From Chrysomallon squamiferum (taxonomy: Eukaryota > Animalia > Mollusca), in the NCBI GenBank assembly GCA_012295275.1, contig CM022667.1, positions 3,038,001-3,102,000 of the forward strand: 64,000 bases of DNA, given 5' to 3'. This document shows positions 23,535 through 45,900 of the stretch, in pieces; the first letter of the stretch is position 1, and each line of letters starts with the position of its first letter. Position numbers and translations under genes: made by a program. The notes under the pieces are model-generated. The model did not search any database and had not been told where the DNA came from. It saw only the letters and a list, made by a program, of their open reading frames with translations.

Positions 23535-26023
23535 TCAGCTTTTGTCAGGTTTCTGTCCTTTCTGCGGCACACCAGATAGTCTAACTGTTGCTCGCTTTAT
23601 ACCTTTCTTTTTTTTCAGTTCTTTTCCTTTTTCGTGAAGTTCCACTTTCCCGTCTTTGTACAACTCTCGTATACGGTCGCCTTCCGGAACTGGGTTCATT
23701 TTGCCCACTTTCCGCAGGTATTTGATTGCATAGTTAGTGCCTGCAAGTGTGACAGTGTAACGAGCTGGTGTGGCCAGTTTGTACATGAGATATGCCACAG
23801 CAATGTAACCGAGGCTACCAGATTTGAATGGTTTGATGATGGTTTCACTAACTCCTAGTTGTTCTAACCATGATACAATGTCTAAACCACTGAAACAAAA
23901 AAAAAAAGTTAAAATTAAAAAATTATATGTCACCTATTTTATTTAGGAAATTACTTACTTTATAGAAGAATTTATTAACTTTTATCTTTTTAGCAAGCAC
24001 AATGTCAATAATATTAAATATAGATATTTGTATAATGTTATTTAACTGTAGCTATTAATTCTTATCTTTCATCAGAAAAAGATAAGCATACACAAGCTAT
24101 TTAATGAATGAGATTATTAAAAATATTAAATAAAAAATCATACAGACCACCTATTTAAGTTCTATATATAAAATGTAGAGGGAATGTGTCTTTAAATTTA
24201 AATTTTGTTATCTGGTTTTATCCTTTATATTCCAAATTCTGAAACACTTCTGGTCCCAAGCATTTCAGATAAAGAATTCTCAACCTGTATATTGTAAGAA
24301 ATTCCAAAATATTCCTGTATTACCATAATCAAAAAAATCTAAAGAGATAATTGTGTATTTTATTAATTTTATTAATATTAAAATTATTAACCTTCTAGCA
24401 GCTGCGTAAAAAGAACCAAACCAGACAACAGATGTTGCAATGTGTACACAAACAAGAATTTTTCCATGTTCTTTGTAGGTTTTCTTGAATCGCTGAAATA
24501 CACTCATATTCTGTTCAGAAGTCAAGTCTGTTTGACTGATGCTGTCTGCATCAGATTCATTAGAAGAGAAAGTTTTATTTTTGTTTTCTTTGGAAATGTC
24601 TTTCTCCGTTCCACCATGTTTCTCCGATGAGTAGCTTCTTACAAAACAAAGATGGCTGCCTGCCACTGAAGGAAAACATGGAGGGGATAACAAATTCGTG
24701 CTCTGACAGAATGAACCTGTCTTATGGACGTGGTGATTGCCATGGTAACCTGTCAAATGAACACACAATGTCACTCCTGAAATAAAGAACAGAATTTTTA
24801 ACTCTCTCCACTGACAACAGTATAGTACAAGTTTATAAACTGTTTCAGTTTTCTTGCTTATAAATTTATGAACAGGCATGTACAATCTTTTCAAGTTTAT
24901 TAAGGTACAAATACATATCTTTCTGTAATTTAATCAACTGTTTTCTTTTCATTCCTTATTAAATACTTGTTACTGTTGTTATAATTCTAACAACAGTTTC
25001 TGTACAATAATAATTCATTTTTATTCAGTATATGCAATCCTAATTATGATTATATTAAATAAATAAGGATGAAGGGTGGAATATAATGAATAATAATGAA
25101 AGTCAGACAACAAATACTCGGTAATATATATCAATACACATCCAATACACAGCTTAATCATGAACCAGAATTAAATATAATTAAGTCATCAAATGTGTAG
25201 ATTTGTATTATGATGAGACTGGACATATGCAATTTAAGTTATAAAATCTGTAATAATTTTTTTTTTATGTATATATTTTTTTTAAATCCAACTTACAGTA
25301 TTATTATTAGTAGTACCATTATTTATTTATTCATTTATTTGGATAAAGTGAATTTATAAAGCATCACTTATATTATATTATACATACTTAATATGCATGT
25401 GCTATCAGATAAATCAAATATATCATTTTTCTTAAAAATATGCTCTGTGACTATTTGTGATCTATCCCCCCCAAAACTGTTGATTTTCAGGATAGTTTGA
25501 TGTAATATTACTTTTATTAGCAACAGGATGTAATTCATAACACAACTTTATGTTGTATTCACAGTATTGCATCATTCCTTATGCCTTGTAATCAAGATTT
25601 TAATATACTGTCAACAATGTCTGAATGAAATACTGCAGCATATTAAACTATGCTTTGTATAACAAACTGTATTCATGCTACACAACAATCGTTAGAATGT
25701 GAAGGTTATCTAAGCATGTCCACGTGAATTGTGTTAGCATTAGGTTACCAACGGGTTCGCTTATTCAAGTTATTGTCAATAGGAAGGATTATGAGTTCAA
25801 TATTTTGGAGTTTCGATAAAATATGCAATATTATAAAAAATATATAAACTAAACTTATTTTCTTACAATAAACTTATAAAGCTGACAATGACAGTATCAA
25901 TAATTCAATACATCGAAAACGTGCGATTCTTCATGTAAAATTACCTGTGTGTTGCTTTCTGGAAAATAATAAATGAGATCGTCTTAAACAGTTTGACAAC
26001 AGTTTAATTCGCAAAGTTATCAT
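23535..26023 (-). CDS. FAM210A: FAM210A (C18orf19)-like mitochondrial DUF1279 protein; 3 exons
   Basis: Exons 26023-25945 (ACAG|gtaatt), 24776 (or in-frame 24749)-24392 and 23889-23535. SVFQRFKKTYKEHGKILVCVHIATSVVWFGSFYAAARSGLDIVSWLEQLG...AYLMYKLATPARYTVTLAGT matches FAM210A. Confidence 0.92.
24228..24287 (-). mobile_element. Terminal fragment of the same Tigger4-like family as 3337-3621
   Basis: The reverse complement TA|CAGGTTGAGAATTCTTTATCTGAAATGCTTGGGACCAGAAGTGTTTCAGAATTTGGAA matches the left end of the 3337 element. Confidence 0.7.
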
Positions 26024-26337
26024 GATATAATTGGTTAAAAGTATCTGTAACTAAATGAAAATCAAGAAAACCAGCTCATTCACGAATTTGTCATCATTGA
26101 TACAGTTTAGCTGCTGCAATCATGCTGTTATCGTAAATCGTTTTGTTTTACAGCATTCAGTTTATCTTAATAATAGCAAAATATTGGTATTACTCTTGAT
26201 ATTTTTGTGGCAATATGTCATTAAAATATTTTTTATATTAGAAACTTAATAGAATATTTTAAATAACAATCATGTTGTTATAACGACAAACACAAAATGT
26301 ATCACTTCCGTTTGTTTGTATACGAAAAGAAAAAAGC
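26024..26337. promoter_or_regulatory. Bidirectional promoter region of FAM210A and RNMT
   Basis: Divergent ATGs 314 bp apart (RNMT start inferred); ETS-type motif CACTTCCG at ~26303; local CpG enrichment. Confidence 0.6.
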
Positions 26338-33588
<7,251 letters not shown>

Positions 33589-33899
33589 GGATTTAATCTG
33601 CAATGAACCAACAAAACAATTATTTCTATAAATCAGACCTAATTTGTTCATTTTAACATCTCCATAAAAAATGCCACTACTTTCTGGGATAAATTTATTT
33701 TTGAGCATCATTGAACCAGTTCAGAAAATGTGTGCTGACTTTGTCAATCATATTATTTTTGAACTGACCTATAATAATAAAGGCCTAAACAGATCACATA
33801 CAATGAAAGTTTTGTTAGTAAAAACCTGATCTTTGTTCATGAGAAACAAACCAAGGTTGGCATAATCACTAAAAGATAATTTTTAAAACAACAAATGAT

Positions 33900-34168
33900 T
33901 GATTATGCCAGAATCCAGAATGGAAAAAGAATTATTTAGGGTTTGTCTTCATTATTTTCATTGTCTGTTTTTATATATATATATACATCATTATAAATAA
34001 GGCTTAATTTTTACACTTTGATATATTCACTGAGTAATGAGTGATTATGCCAGAATCCAGGAAGGAAAAGAAGATTTAGGTTTTGTTCTTCATTATTTTC
34101 ATTGTCTGTGTTTATGTCCATCATTAGATATAAAGTTTAATTTTTTATATTTTGATATATTCATTGAG
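33900..34168. repeat. ~140-bp tandem duplication in the RNMT 3' region
   Basis: tgattatgccagaatccag...cttcattattttcattgtctgt...tttgatatattca.tgag occurs twice. Confidence 0.8.
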
Positions 34169-36599
34169 GAAAGTATTGTTACTGATGTTTTTAACAATTT
34201 TTAGAATAAATACAAGAAGAAAAAAACATTTCTTTAACGGTTACAAATTTAATTTGCCTATTTTTTGTAAGGATTAAAGAAGATAAGTATTGATCTAATA
34301 AACTCTGGAGAACATAGTTTTAAGATTTTGTTGATTTCTGTGGCAGAGTTGAGAAAAGAATTTGACCAGGAGAAAACTGCATGCATTTGAATTACATGAA
34401 AACAACCCTTTAGATAATACTGATAATTATTTTGCAAAGAGTGTCCTTGAGTACTCCATGTCCCTTTTTTTGTTAATTCTAAAAAATCAGTATAACAGTT
34501 TATAAGTGTTGTTTCAACAACAGCCAGCTTGTCACCTGGCAGCCAATTAGGACAACTGATATATTTGCAGTGAAGTAGACAGTCTGTATTTTATAGACAA
34601 AATTGACGATGGCAGGATGGACAAACCCCTCCCAAACATCTTAGACTAGAGGATATCAAAATCCCTCATTCTAAATATCATAGACCCCTAATAGGTGTCA
34701 TTTTGGACAAATCTGTTTACTAAGCAAGTAAAAAAAAAAAAAAATAACGTAGAACTCCCTAAACATTTATTAAAACAAAATTTAAGAAATAAATACTGAA
34801 TCCAAAGTAATACTCAGATCACTATACTGGAAGATAAGAAGATAGATGCAAATTCATCTGATGAGAAATAATTTATATTTGAACATGATGAAAGACATAA
34901 TGGGTATTTATATATATATAATTTTTTTTTTTTTTCTTCTCATAAATACAGGAAGTGTTAAGTAGGCTTTAATAACATTTATAACTGATGTGAATATTTT
35001 TTTTTTTTCAAAATAAGCCTTTAGTTGTAATGATATGGCATGTCAAATATCAGCAAAAAAACGCATCATTTTCTAAGTTCCAGCATATATGTATCTTAAT
35101 AATTATAAATAATTTGTTTTTGTGCTTTTGTGTCAAAAAACAGTGAGATCTTTCCTGAAAGTTATGATTGGTCCTCATCTTCCCACCAGATGCTGTGCGG
35201 TATCTAGTATGTCTTTTCTTTTTTCTTTTCCATTTATTTCCATAGACAGTACATGAAGTTGAAAGTCCCTTGCTCTTTATAGAGAATGTATTTACAGCCC
35301 TACACAATTTATTTATTGATTTTTTTTTATTTTAAAAAATCAATATGGTATATCCTTCATTATCTATTGGATAATGCTTATAAAAAATTACTGGTAAGTG
35401 CTGCTGAGGAAGTGTTGGCAGCTGGTACATGTGTGTGTGTGTGTGTTACAATACAAACACTATTCAGGCAACATCTTTGGAGATGTTAAACACTTATTTG
35501 TTTTTAATATTTTGTATATATAAAATATATGTATGTATCTTAAAGGGAGACAGTAGTTGGTTAATTATAGTTCTCAAAGAACAGAACTCATTTCTGAAAA
35601 ACAATAGCTTAGTGTTGTTATTCCTCCAATGTTTTTTTGTTGTTGTTTTTTTCTCACTGGGCTATTTCCTTAAAAGTTTTTAGTGAAAATCTATTGCTAC
35701 TGAAAGGTAATTTTATTTTGTGCAAATCTGATACTGTTCTTTCAATACTGAAGAGTTCTCTGCTAAAATAACCAAATAATAATTATCTACATCTTTAAAT
35801 GATAACAAAACTTAAGCAAGTTTAATCTCCCAAGATTTTTTTATTATTTAAATCTGATACCTGCTAATCATTAACAAAACACAATGTGCTAAATCCACAT
35901 TTCATTATTTACTATCACGGAATAAAAATATATTATTGAATGAAAATAAAACTAAGTTTTTTAAAAATACATTACGTGTGCCTATAATATTTGTTTAAAA
36001 TATGCAGGATATTATCTTGCATTAGGTTGTTAATGATATTGATTCATTGAAATAATGCGAAATAAATTAAATTTAAAAACACATTTATGTATTAATATTA
36101 TTATTATTTTTAAAGATACATTTGTACACGCGATAAATTAAAAATCGTTAATAAAATTATGACACCAAAAGTTTAATGTGATTTTCCGTTTAATTTTATT
36201 GATTTTTAAATGTTATTTTAATTATTAATCAACATATGTAACATACGTTATTCTCAAAGCTTAGCTAATACAGTTATATATATATAATATCCTTTAATAT
36301 AAGAAATTTAATTTTTGTCAATTAATTATTTCATTAATATTTTTAAAGTGATGAAACAGTCAATAAAAATAGTAAACGTGCATAATTATTTTTGATTATT
36401 TCATTACTTTCGTGTTGCTGTGCTAAGTATTATGTAGTGGAAATGATAAACAATAAATGTATTGCAAAGTTTATTCATTTAATTTCAATTTCATTTTATT
36501 TGAAAAGAGAAGTTTCTGATTAACTATTATTTACTGTCCAGCTAAAAAATCTCTTCTAGAAAATGCCCCTTCTTGTGTCGCAAGTGTTTATTTCGGTCA

Positions 36600-36753
36600 G
36601 TACTTGCGCATGCTCAGTATGCCAAAATTGGGACTTAGCCGTACGCAGCTCCTTTTCTCCGCCATTTATGCAGCCAATATCGCGTGGGGAAATATTGTGT
36701 TGATAGCTATATACGGCAGATATCATACTGGAAAAGTATATAACATAAATCAG
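36600..36753 (+). promoter_or_regulatory. TOP1 promoter and probable non-coding first exon
   Basis: NRF1-like TGCGCATGCTCA (36605-36616), YY1-like CCGCCATTT (~36659), strong donor CAG|GTAAGT after 36753, CpG-rich patch; next acceptor ttccag| at 37013. Confidence 0.55.
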
Positions 36754-37034
36754 GTAAGTAAGTTACTCATAATTAATTGTTCCAAAAGATTTATTAAGTA
36801 ATATTTATACCCGTACGGTCCTGGGGCTGAACGACAGACAAAGCGGCGTGCGGAGGCTAAGTCAAAATGGCTGAAAATTTTTCTAAGTCCAAACAGTTAA
36901 CCAGAGCGATGTCGACTTTTTAGAATCGGTTTTCTCATTTCTCCGATGGTTTTATGAAAAGCTCTTTCGGTATCTTTTAGACAATTAATATTATTTTATG
37001 TATTTAATTCCAGAATATTACCAGTGCTGTAGAA

Positions 37035-40000
37035 ATGGGAGAATCTGGTAAGTGAATACAGCATGATTCCTTTTGTGTTTGTTTTACGGACTTAGCTTCT
37101 GACCGAAAGAAAAAATGCGTTCAGTGAACTTCACTGAACTCTGATTTATATTTGCTATTTCCAATGTTTAGTGAAAACTTTTTTCTGACAAAAATATATT
37201 CTGATATTTGAAAAAAAAAATAAATGAAAAAAAAAAAAAAAAGAAAGAAACTTTTTAAAATAAAACAGATTTTGTTAAAACTTTTTTCTGTTACAGATGT
37301 AATATTCATTGATTTTTTAAAATTTTATTTCGTTTAATATTCTGCTAGTAAATTTATTAGATTTATGATTATTTTTCCAAAGAAAATTGAAATAACACTA
37401 ATAGAAAGTAAAAAGTGATATCTATTTTTAACATTGTTTAAAAAATTAATAACAAATAAATTTATTTATTTATTTTTAAATTTTTAAATTTTTTTTATTA
37501 TACTAGATCTATAAAAATAAGTAATAAAAACCAAATTGATTTAAAAAAATTAAATAGTGAATTAATAGTTAATTTTTGGTTAATATAATTTTTATATTCA
37601 CTACTTTAAATATGGTTCAACCAATTTTTTACATCCAATACTTCAATCTAAGCTAGGAAGGAATGGGAAAAATATTTAATTAAATAAAAAAAATAAAGAT
37701 CATAATGAAGAATTATGTTTGTGAAAACAATATTATATTAAGGAGACAGGAATCATGTCCCTACAAATGTTATTAAAATAAATAAGTTTGGTTTCCAATA
37801 GAATTTATGAACTGGATGATATAAAGTTCAAATTACAAATTTTTTGAAAATATTATTCTTTTTTTTTTTTTAGATCCACCCAAAATGAACACAAATATAA
37901 TAATTTGACAAAGCACTTGTTTTTTTTTTTGCAGCAGAGGAATTGAAAATAAAAATGCAGTCTACAGAAAGCATTGTGAACCATGTTTCTGGGACACACA
38001 ATGGTTTTGCTGGGATGGAAAACCATGTGGATTCGGGAGGGGATCGTGCCAATGGAAATGCAAACCACATTTCCTCTTCACAAAAACACGAAGGTTCATC
38101 ATCAAGTTCTAAACATAAAGAAGGAAGCGGCAGCAGCAGCAGCTCAAAGCACAAGGAACATCATTCCTCTAAACATCGTGATGACCACAAAAGCAAACAC
38201 AAAGAAGGTCATAGTTCGTCAAGCAGCAAATCAAAGGATGGAAGCTCTAGTTCGTCGAGCAAGCAAAAAGATGGAAGTTCCAGCTCTCCGAGCAAGTCGT
38301 CCAGCTTGGAGAAACACAAAGAAAGTAGTCATTCCAAGGACAAACATCACAGTTCATCAAAACATTCTAATTCTGAGCACAAACTGCACAGTAAGTCCTC
38401 ATCCTCAGACAAGCACAAAGATGGGAGCAGTAAAACCTCATCATCAGCAGATAAACCAAAAGAAGGAGTCAGCAAGTCATCGTCATCATCATTGTCAGTG
38501 GAAAAACAAAAAGATGGGAGCGTCAAAACATCGTCAAGTGACAAGCACAAAGAGGGAAGTGGCAAGACCTCATCATCATCGTCGAGCTGACAAACATCGG
38601 GATCCCAGCAGTAAACATTCTTCTGACAAACACAACAGCACTAAGTCATCATCGTCATCAGCGTTAGATAAACATAAAGATGGTTCAAGCAGCAAATCAT
38701 CCACTTCCATCGACAAACACAAAGAGTCCAGTAGCAAACATTCATCTGACAAGCACAAAGACAGCAGCACCAAATCATCTTCGACTCACGAGAAACACAA
38801 AGAAGGAAGCAGTAAATCAGCATCATCATCTGAGAAACATAAATCGTCGTCATCAGACAAACACAGGGATGGCAGCAGCAAGTCTCATTCCTCTTCATCG
38901 GACAAACATAAAGACGGCAGCAGTAAAATTTCATCTGAAAAAGTCAAGGAGTTGATCAAGTCTCCAGACAAGAAGGATCGTCCAAAAGATTCCGACAAAC
39001 ACAGAGACAAATCAAAAGATGAAAGCCGTTCGAAATCCCACAACAAGCTGACCAGTCCAAGCAAAGATGCTATTAAGACTGAGCCTGTGAGAACAATGTT
39101 GATGTGAAGCCAAAGAAAGAAGATGATATGCAGCCATTTGTTAAAATGGAGAACATGGAATGTGAGGATTCAGCTGGAGATGATGTTAAGAAAGCTCCTT
39201 CTAGTGATGAAGATGAAGTGCCTCTGGTAAGATTTTATTTATCACTGTAAATAGTTCTTTTATTTGTGCATTAAAAATCATTAATTATTTAACTATATTA
39301 TCTCTTTCTCTGTTAGATTAATTTATTGAATCATGATGTATGCTTATATTATTGTTTTTTAAAATATCATTAGACGTGTTAAAAATAATGAAAATAATAA
39401 TTTAAAAAAATGAAACCAACCCCCCCAAAAAACAATCCTCAGAAATAGCATTACAATACTACAAAAAATGTGTGTTTTAATAACTTGAAAAACATTTTTC
39501 ATCAGTTACATTATTACACTGAAGGGGCCAGGTCTTCAGAATTTGTTACTTAAAGACGTACTTAAAAACATACAGCCTTTTAGATTGCTGATAGCTAACA
39601 GTGTGAGTGAAGCAAGTTTTGCAAATAATAAAACTGTTAATACTTTCAACAGTCTGCACGAATGAAAAAGGAGGTTCCACCTGTCAAACATCAACGTGAA
39701 GAATCTTCCGATGATGAACCTTTATCAGCCAGGTGATAACAGTTTTTGAAAACATCCTTTTACATATATATGTATATATATATATCTTATTGAAGAAACT
39801 TATTATAATAAAAAGAAACATTAAAAGGTGAGTGCAGTATGATTATCAGTCAGATAATAATTTCAAAAAACATCAGGAATATTAAAAATTTAATTCCATT
39901 GTAGTTTGGAAATAATATAATGCTGTTGCTTGCTTTCTAATAAATAGTTTAATCAGTCATTTATTTTGAAGGAGTTGATTATGAACAACTGGATAAAAGA

Positions 40001-42902
40001 AATTTATTTTAATTTTTAATTTTTTCAGGATGGAAAAAGTAAAGAAGGTAAAGAAAGAGGTGAAAGATGAAGAAGAGGATTTCAAACCAACAAAGAAAAG
40101 AAAACTTGAAGATGAAGAAGAGGATTTCAAACCAACAAAGAAAAGAAAACTTGAAGATGAAGACGAGGATTTCAAACCAACAAAGAAAAGAAAACACGAA
40201 GATGATGACGAGTTTGAACCAGCTGTAAGATATTTCTGATAGTTCTAGGATCAAATCTCCTCTGTGATTCATCTGAATATAATGTAGACCAGTGGTACTT
40301 AAGTATTTTTTAAAATTATTTTTTATAATTTTTTTTTTTTTTTTTTTTTTGCTTCTGCTAGGACCCCTTATTAAGTAATTTTAAAGATTGGCACCACAGG
40401 AAGTATTCTGAATATTAATCTAATTATCAAATATGAAACCCAGCTATTGCTAAATTGAATTAAAATGTCTCTTGCTACCATTTAATCAAAAACATATGAC
40501 CAGATTTTTTTTTTTTTTTAATTTTTTTTTTTTTTTTGCAACATGTAGGTGAAGAAAAAGAAAAAGAAAATTAAGACCAAAGGTACAATAGATGAAACAA
40601 AACCACAGAAAGGAAAGAAAAAAAATGAAGAAGAACAACAAGTCTGGAAATGGTAAAAACGTGATTCTTGAACATTTTTAGTCATTTAGTGTTAAAATAA
40701 TTATACACACAAGGAAAATTAGTTAATTATGAAATATGTTTCTTTCGTTGAGTTGTAACGCTACTAATGGCGAATGTATTTTTTAAAACATTTTTTTTTT
40801 TTTCCCCCAGAAACTTACTAATTTTTAAGTCTGGTAAATTCAGAAAATTATTGCACAAAACTAAACGAGACTTTTTTGAATTTTTTTTTCTGCAGGTGGG
40901 AAGAGGAAAAGAGGGATGACGGGATCAAGTGGACATTTCTGGAACACAAGGGCCCTGTGTTTGCTCCCTTATATGAACGACTCCCGAAAAATGTCAAATT
41001 TTACTACGATGGTAAGTCACTTAAAACTGATGCTAGTTTCTTTTCAGACTGTAGCATCACCTTTCTCTTTCACTGAAATAATTTCTAATTTTTGAAGTGT
41101 ATTTAAAAAAAAAAAAAATGTTCTTTTATTTTATGGCTTCATACATTTTTTTTTAAATTTTTTTTATATTTATTATCTTTTTATATATGACTAAAATTAC
41201 TATTTAGTTTTTAATCTTTTATTAAATGTGATTGAATAAACATGTATAGAGACGCAAGCACGCACGCAACTGGATTTATATAAATAAGCTGTTGATTTAA
41301 AACATTTTTAATTGCCATGGATACAGAAGCTAAAAGTTTACAGTTTTCCTACTATGGTCTGCTTCTAAATATTGTCTCATGTTAGTGATGTCATAGGTAA
41401 ATGAAAATACACCACTGTTGAAGATAATGATGTTACTATGGATACAAAAGAATAAAGTTTACAGTTTTCCATAGTTTGATCCTTGAGTTAATTAATTACC
41501 TATGTCGATGATGTCATAAAGGAGATTCTAATAATGTTGACGTTTCGGTCATAGGGCGGGAAGTCGAGCTTTCCGAAGCTGCAGAAGAAGTTGCTGGTTT
41601 TTACGCAAAGATGTTGGACCACGATTACACAACAAAGGATGTGTTCAACACCAATTTCTTCAGAGACTGGAGAAAGGTAGGGACGAAGTGACTTCAGAAA
41701 GTTACATTTTTGGTGATATTTAAAAACTTTGTCAGATCATTGCATTTAAGTATTGAAATTATCGTCTTCGTCCAATTCAAGGCTTGTAAAAATTTTTTAA
41801 TGCTTTAGCAATTTAATTTTGCATTTAGTTGAAAAAGGTACCTGATGAACATAACAATATCTTTATTAAAAAGTCTGTTGGTTATGTATTTGCAATATAA
41901 AATGTAAAGTGGTGTTCATTTAATTCTGCATTTAAAAGATAGCGTGTCTGTTTTTGTGTTATACACATACATATATAACAATATCTTTAGAAAATACCTA
42001 CTGGAATATATTACTGGATAGTTTAAATAAATAAAGCAAAAAAAAAGTTTAATTTAATTGAGCTGAAAAATATTCTGTATGCATAATAATATGTTGCTAT
42101 GTATATATTTACAGTAGTTTGAAAAATAATAAAACATTGTGCATTTAATTCAGCATTTAGATGACAGTACTAGATATTGCATTTAAAGAACAGTGTATCA
42201 AAAATTGAAAAAAATTAATTCTTTTGTTTGTCAAAGGTGATGACAAAAGATGAAAGAGAGGTGATTACTGATCTCAAGAAATGTAATTTTAAAGAGATGC
42301 ACCAGTTCTATCTGAAACAGTCAGAAGAGAGAAAGAACCGAACCAAAGAACAGAAACAGGTAAATAAAGATTTTGTCTTTCACTGTACAGTACTTGTTAC
42401 ATTCTGTATGTCAAACCATTAAGAATTATTTAAAATTACAATCTTTTATTTACATGTCTGCATACCACAAACTGACATTTGAAATGATGTAAGGAGATGC
42501 ACAAATTGAATTGTTAAAATATATATATTTTTGTTTTTGAAGGAACTGAAACGCCAAAATGAAGAAGTAACGAAGGAATATGGATTCTGCATAATAGATG
42601 GTCACAAAGAAAAAATAGGAAACTTCAGGATAGAACCCCCAGGCTTGTTCAGGGGGAGAGGGGACCACCCTAAGCAGGGCAGACTAAAAAAACGGGTGGA
42701 GGCTGAGGAGGTGATTATTAACTGCAGCAAGTAAGTTTGTTTTTAATCTTTTTTTTTTTAGTTTCTGATTAAATTTTGTATCATTTGCTTGAAGTTTTAC
42801 TTGTGTTCATTCTTTCTTTTCTAGGTTATTTAGTTTTTTGTTGCTAGCATTTTAGAATACATAACGTTTTTGATACTCCTTTTATATAACTTTTGTATTC
42901 AG

Positions 42903-42943
<41 letters not shown>

Positions 42944-45900
42944 CATGTTTATTTTTAGATTACATTTTAATGTTAGATAACAAAGTAATTATGAAGATTT
43001 TTATTATTTAAATTTTTTTTTTAATAGAGACTCCAAAATTCCTGTCGCACCTGAAGGTCACAAATGGAAAGAAGTCCGACATGACAACTCAGTATGTTTT
43101 ATTACATTTTTAACTCCTAAATACTGGTGTCAGCTAACCATATTTTGATATTGAAAACTCTGAGACTGCTTTCAGCAACTATTTTTATTGCAGGAATAAA
43201 CTTGTATATATATTTTTTTGGCAGTGAAACACGATTTCATTTTGAAAACAGCTTGAATGCGTTCAAAAGATACTTTTTATTTAGCATGCTCAATTAGGAA
43301 TAAAATTGACAGTTAAAATAATAAATTAATTTTATTATGCTCATATGCATGTATGCAGAGAGAAAGGCAGAGACAGACACACACGAGAAAGAAATATTTA
43401 TGATATAAAACATAAAATGGAAAGGTGGAATATTTAAAAAGAATAAAATATAAAAATGTTTGTTGTCAAATTGTAGGTAACGTGGCTGGCTAGTTGGACA
43501 GAAAACATTCAAGGAGCCACGAAATATGTCATGTTGAATGCTGCATCCAAACTTAAGGTATGTGTAGATACATGAAAATATTCATCCAGTATTATTTAAT
43601 TAGTTACGTTTGTTGTCTTATGTCATTATGACATTTATAACTATCTGGAAATGTATTATTAAAGTTTAATATATTGAAGAAACTTAGATGGTGTCAAAAA
43701 AAAAAAAAAATTGAATAAATAAATTTTAAAAAGTTAAATCTATTTTAAAGGGAATTACAGTGGATAATTGAGAAAAATATAAAGTTTTTAATTCAATGTG
43801 TTATTGTGGTTTTAGGGGGAGAAAGATTGGCAGAAATACGAAATTGCAAGAAAACTTCACAAATGTGTGGACAAAATCCGAGCAACGTACAGAGAAGACT
43901 GGAAATCAAAGGAGATGAGAGTGAGACAGAGAGCGGTGGCACTCTACTTCATTGACAAGGTAAATCTGAGACTTTTAGATAAGCAGTAATGCCAGAGAAA
44001 GATTTAAAAAAAAAAAAAAAAAAAATCAGTTAAATTGCTGCCTAGAAAGATGATGTGATTTAGTTTATTTGTTTTCTTTGGATTATTTCCAATTCAGGTT
44101 ACAGACTGAGTTATCAAGTTCATTGTTCTGTTTTAGACAGACTGGAGTGATTGTTTGTGTACCCGTTTCCATGCTTCTAAGAAAACTGAATTACTTACAG
44201 TAGTTAAGTTACAAATCTGTTGTATTTTCACAAGCTGTTGCCATGGTTCCTGTACAAACTGCAGTATTTGTGATAGCGAGTTTAATACTTCAAAACCACT
44301 AAACTTAAGAACTAACCTAACATTAAACAGTGTGTTCTGTTGTGTATTTGTAATGTATTAATTAACGTGATGTTTTTTGTTTTTCAGCTTGCGCTAAGAG
44401 CTGGTAACGAGAAGGAGGAAGGTGAAACGGCAGACACAGTGGGCTGCTGCTCTCTGCGAGTTGAACATATCAAACTGTACAGTGAGAAAGACGGCAAAGA
44501 GTGTGTCGTCGAGTTCGATTTCCTCGGAAAAGATTCCATTCGCTACCAGAACAGCGTTCCTGTCGAGAAGCGAGTGTTCAAAAACCTGCAGCTCTTCATC
44601 GAGAACAAGCAACCCGAAGACGATCTCTTTGACAGGCTCAATGTACATAAATAATTTATGAAAAATAATTTTAATAAAAAAAAATAATTCAATTAATAAA
44701 ATTCATAAATGAAATTAATAAATCAAAACAAAATTAACATATACAGATAATAAAATTGAAAATAGGTACGTAAATAATGTAATAAAATAATAAAATAAAC
44801 AATAAATTGATAACTAACCTCCCCCAAAATAATAAATTTTTACGAAATTTTAAACTGATGTAAATAAATATATTTCATTTGTTTGCAATATATAATTTGT
44901 TTGCTAGCGTACTGATGTATCTCTTGTTAGTTATCATTAAAATGAACACAGCTGGGTATATGCATATATACATGAGCATGTATTTATCGGCAGTTATTTC
45001 GACAAACAAGTGCATGCATGCGCATAAACGCAGACACACATACAGAGAGAGAAAGTGATACATGAAATAAGATTAGTTTTTGTTTTATTGCAGACTACAC
45101 TGATGAACAAACATTTACATGACCTGATGGAAGGCCTGACAGCCAAAGTTTTCCGAACGTACAATGCCTCCAGAACCTTACAAGAACAGCTAGATTTACT
45201 TACAAATGGTGAGTTCGAACACAGAACAGAAACAGTAAATATAATTATTTGATGGTGTTAGTTATTTTATTTATAAGGATTTAAAAAATTTTTACTCTGA
45301 AAAATTCTAATAAAAAAATAAATACTATAACTTTTGTAGTGACTTGGGGTAGAATACTTTCATTTAAAGATTTGTGATTTTCAGCTTGTAATAAGTTTAA
45401 AAAAAAACCTACAAAAAGAATATGAAATACACCTAATAACAGACAGTATTAAAATAAGTTGAAGTTATTAACTGGCTACTGCTTCGTTAATCAGTACAAA
45501 TGGCAGCAGACTGTATAAATATTTATATAAAATTTAAAAATATCTGTAATTTTGTAGAGGAGGACGCCATTCCAGCCAAACTCTTATCTTACAATCGTGC
45601 AAACCGAGCAGTTGCTATTCTCTGCAACCATCAACGGTCAGCTCCAAAAACATTTGCTCAGTCGATGGAAAATCTCATAAACAAGGTAAAACATTTACTA
45701 ATTCATAACGTATTTAGTTCAGATGTAAATGTTTATAGTCTTTATAATATGTTTGTTATTTTGTTGTTGTAGTTAATTTGTTTGTTGCAGTTGTATGTTT
45801 TGTAACAAAAGTTAGTTTGTTCAAGTTCAGTGTCAGAATTGTAACTTGTTTACGTTGCCATAGTAATCTTGACATGTAGATAAGAATAAAATACAGCTGA

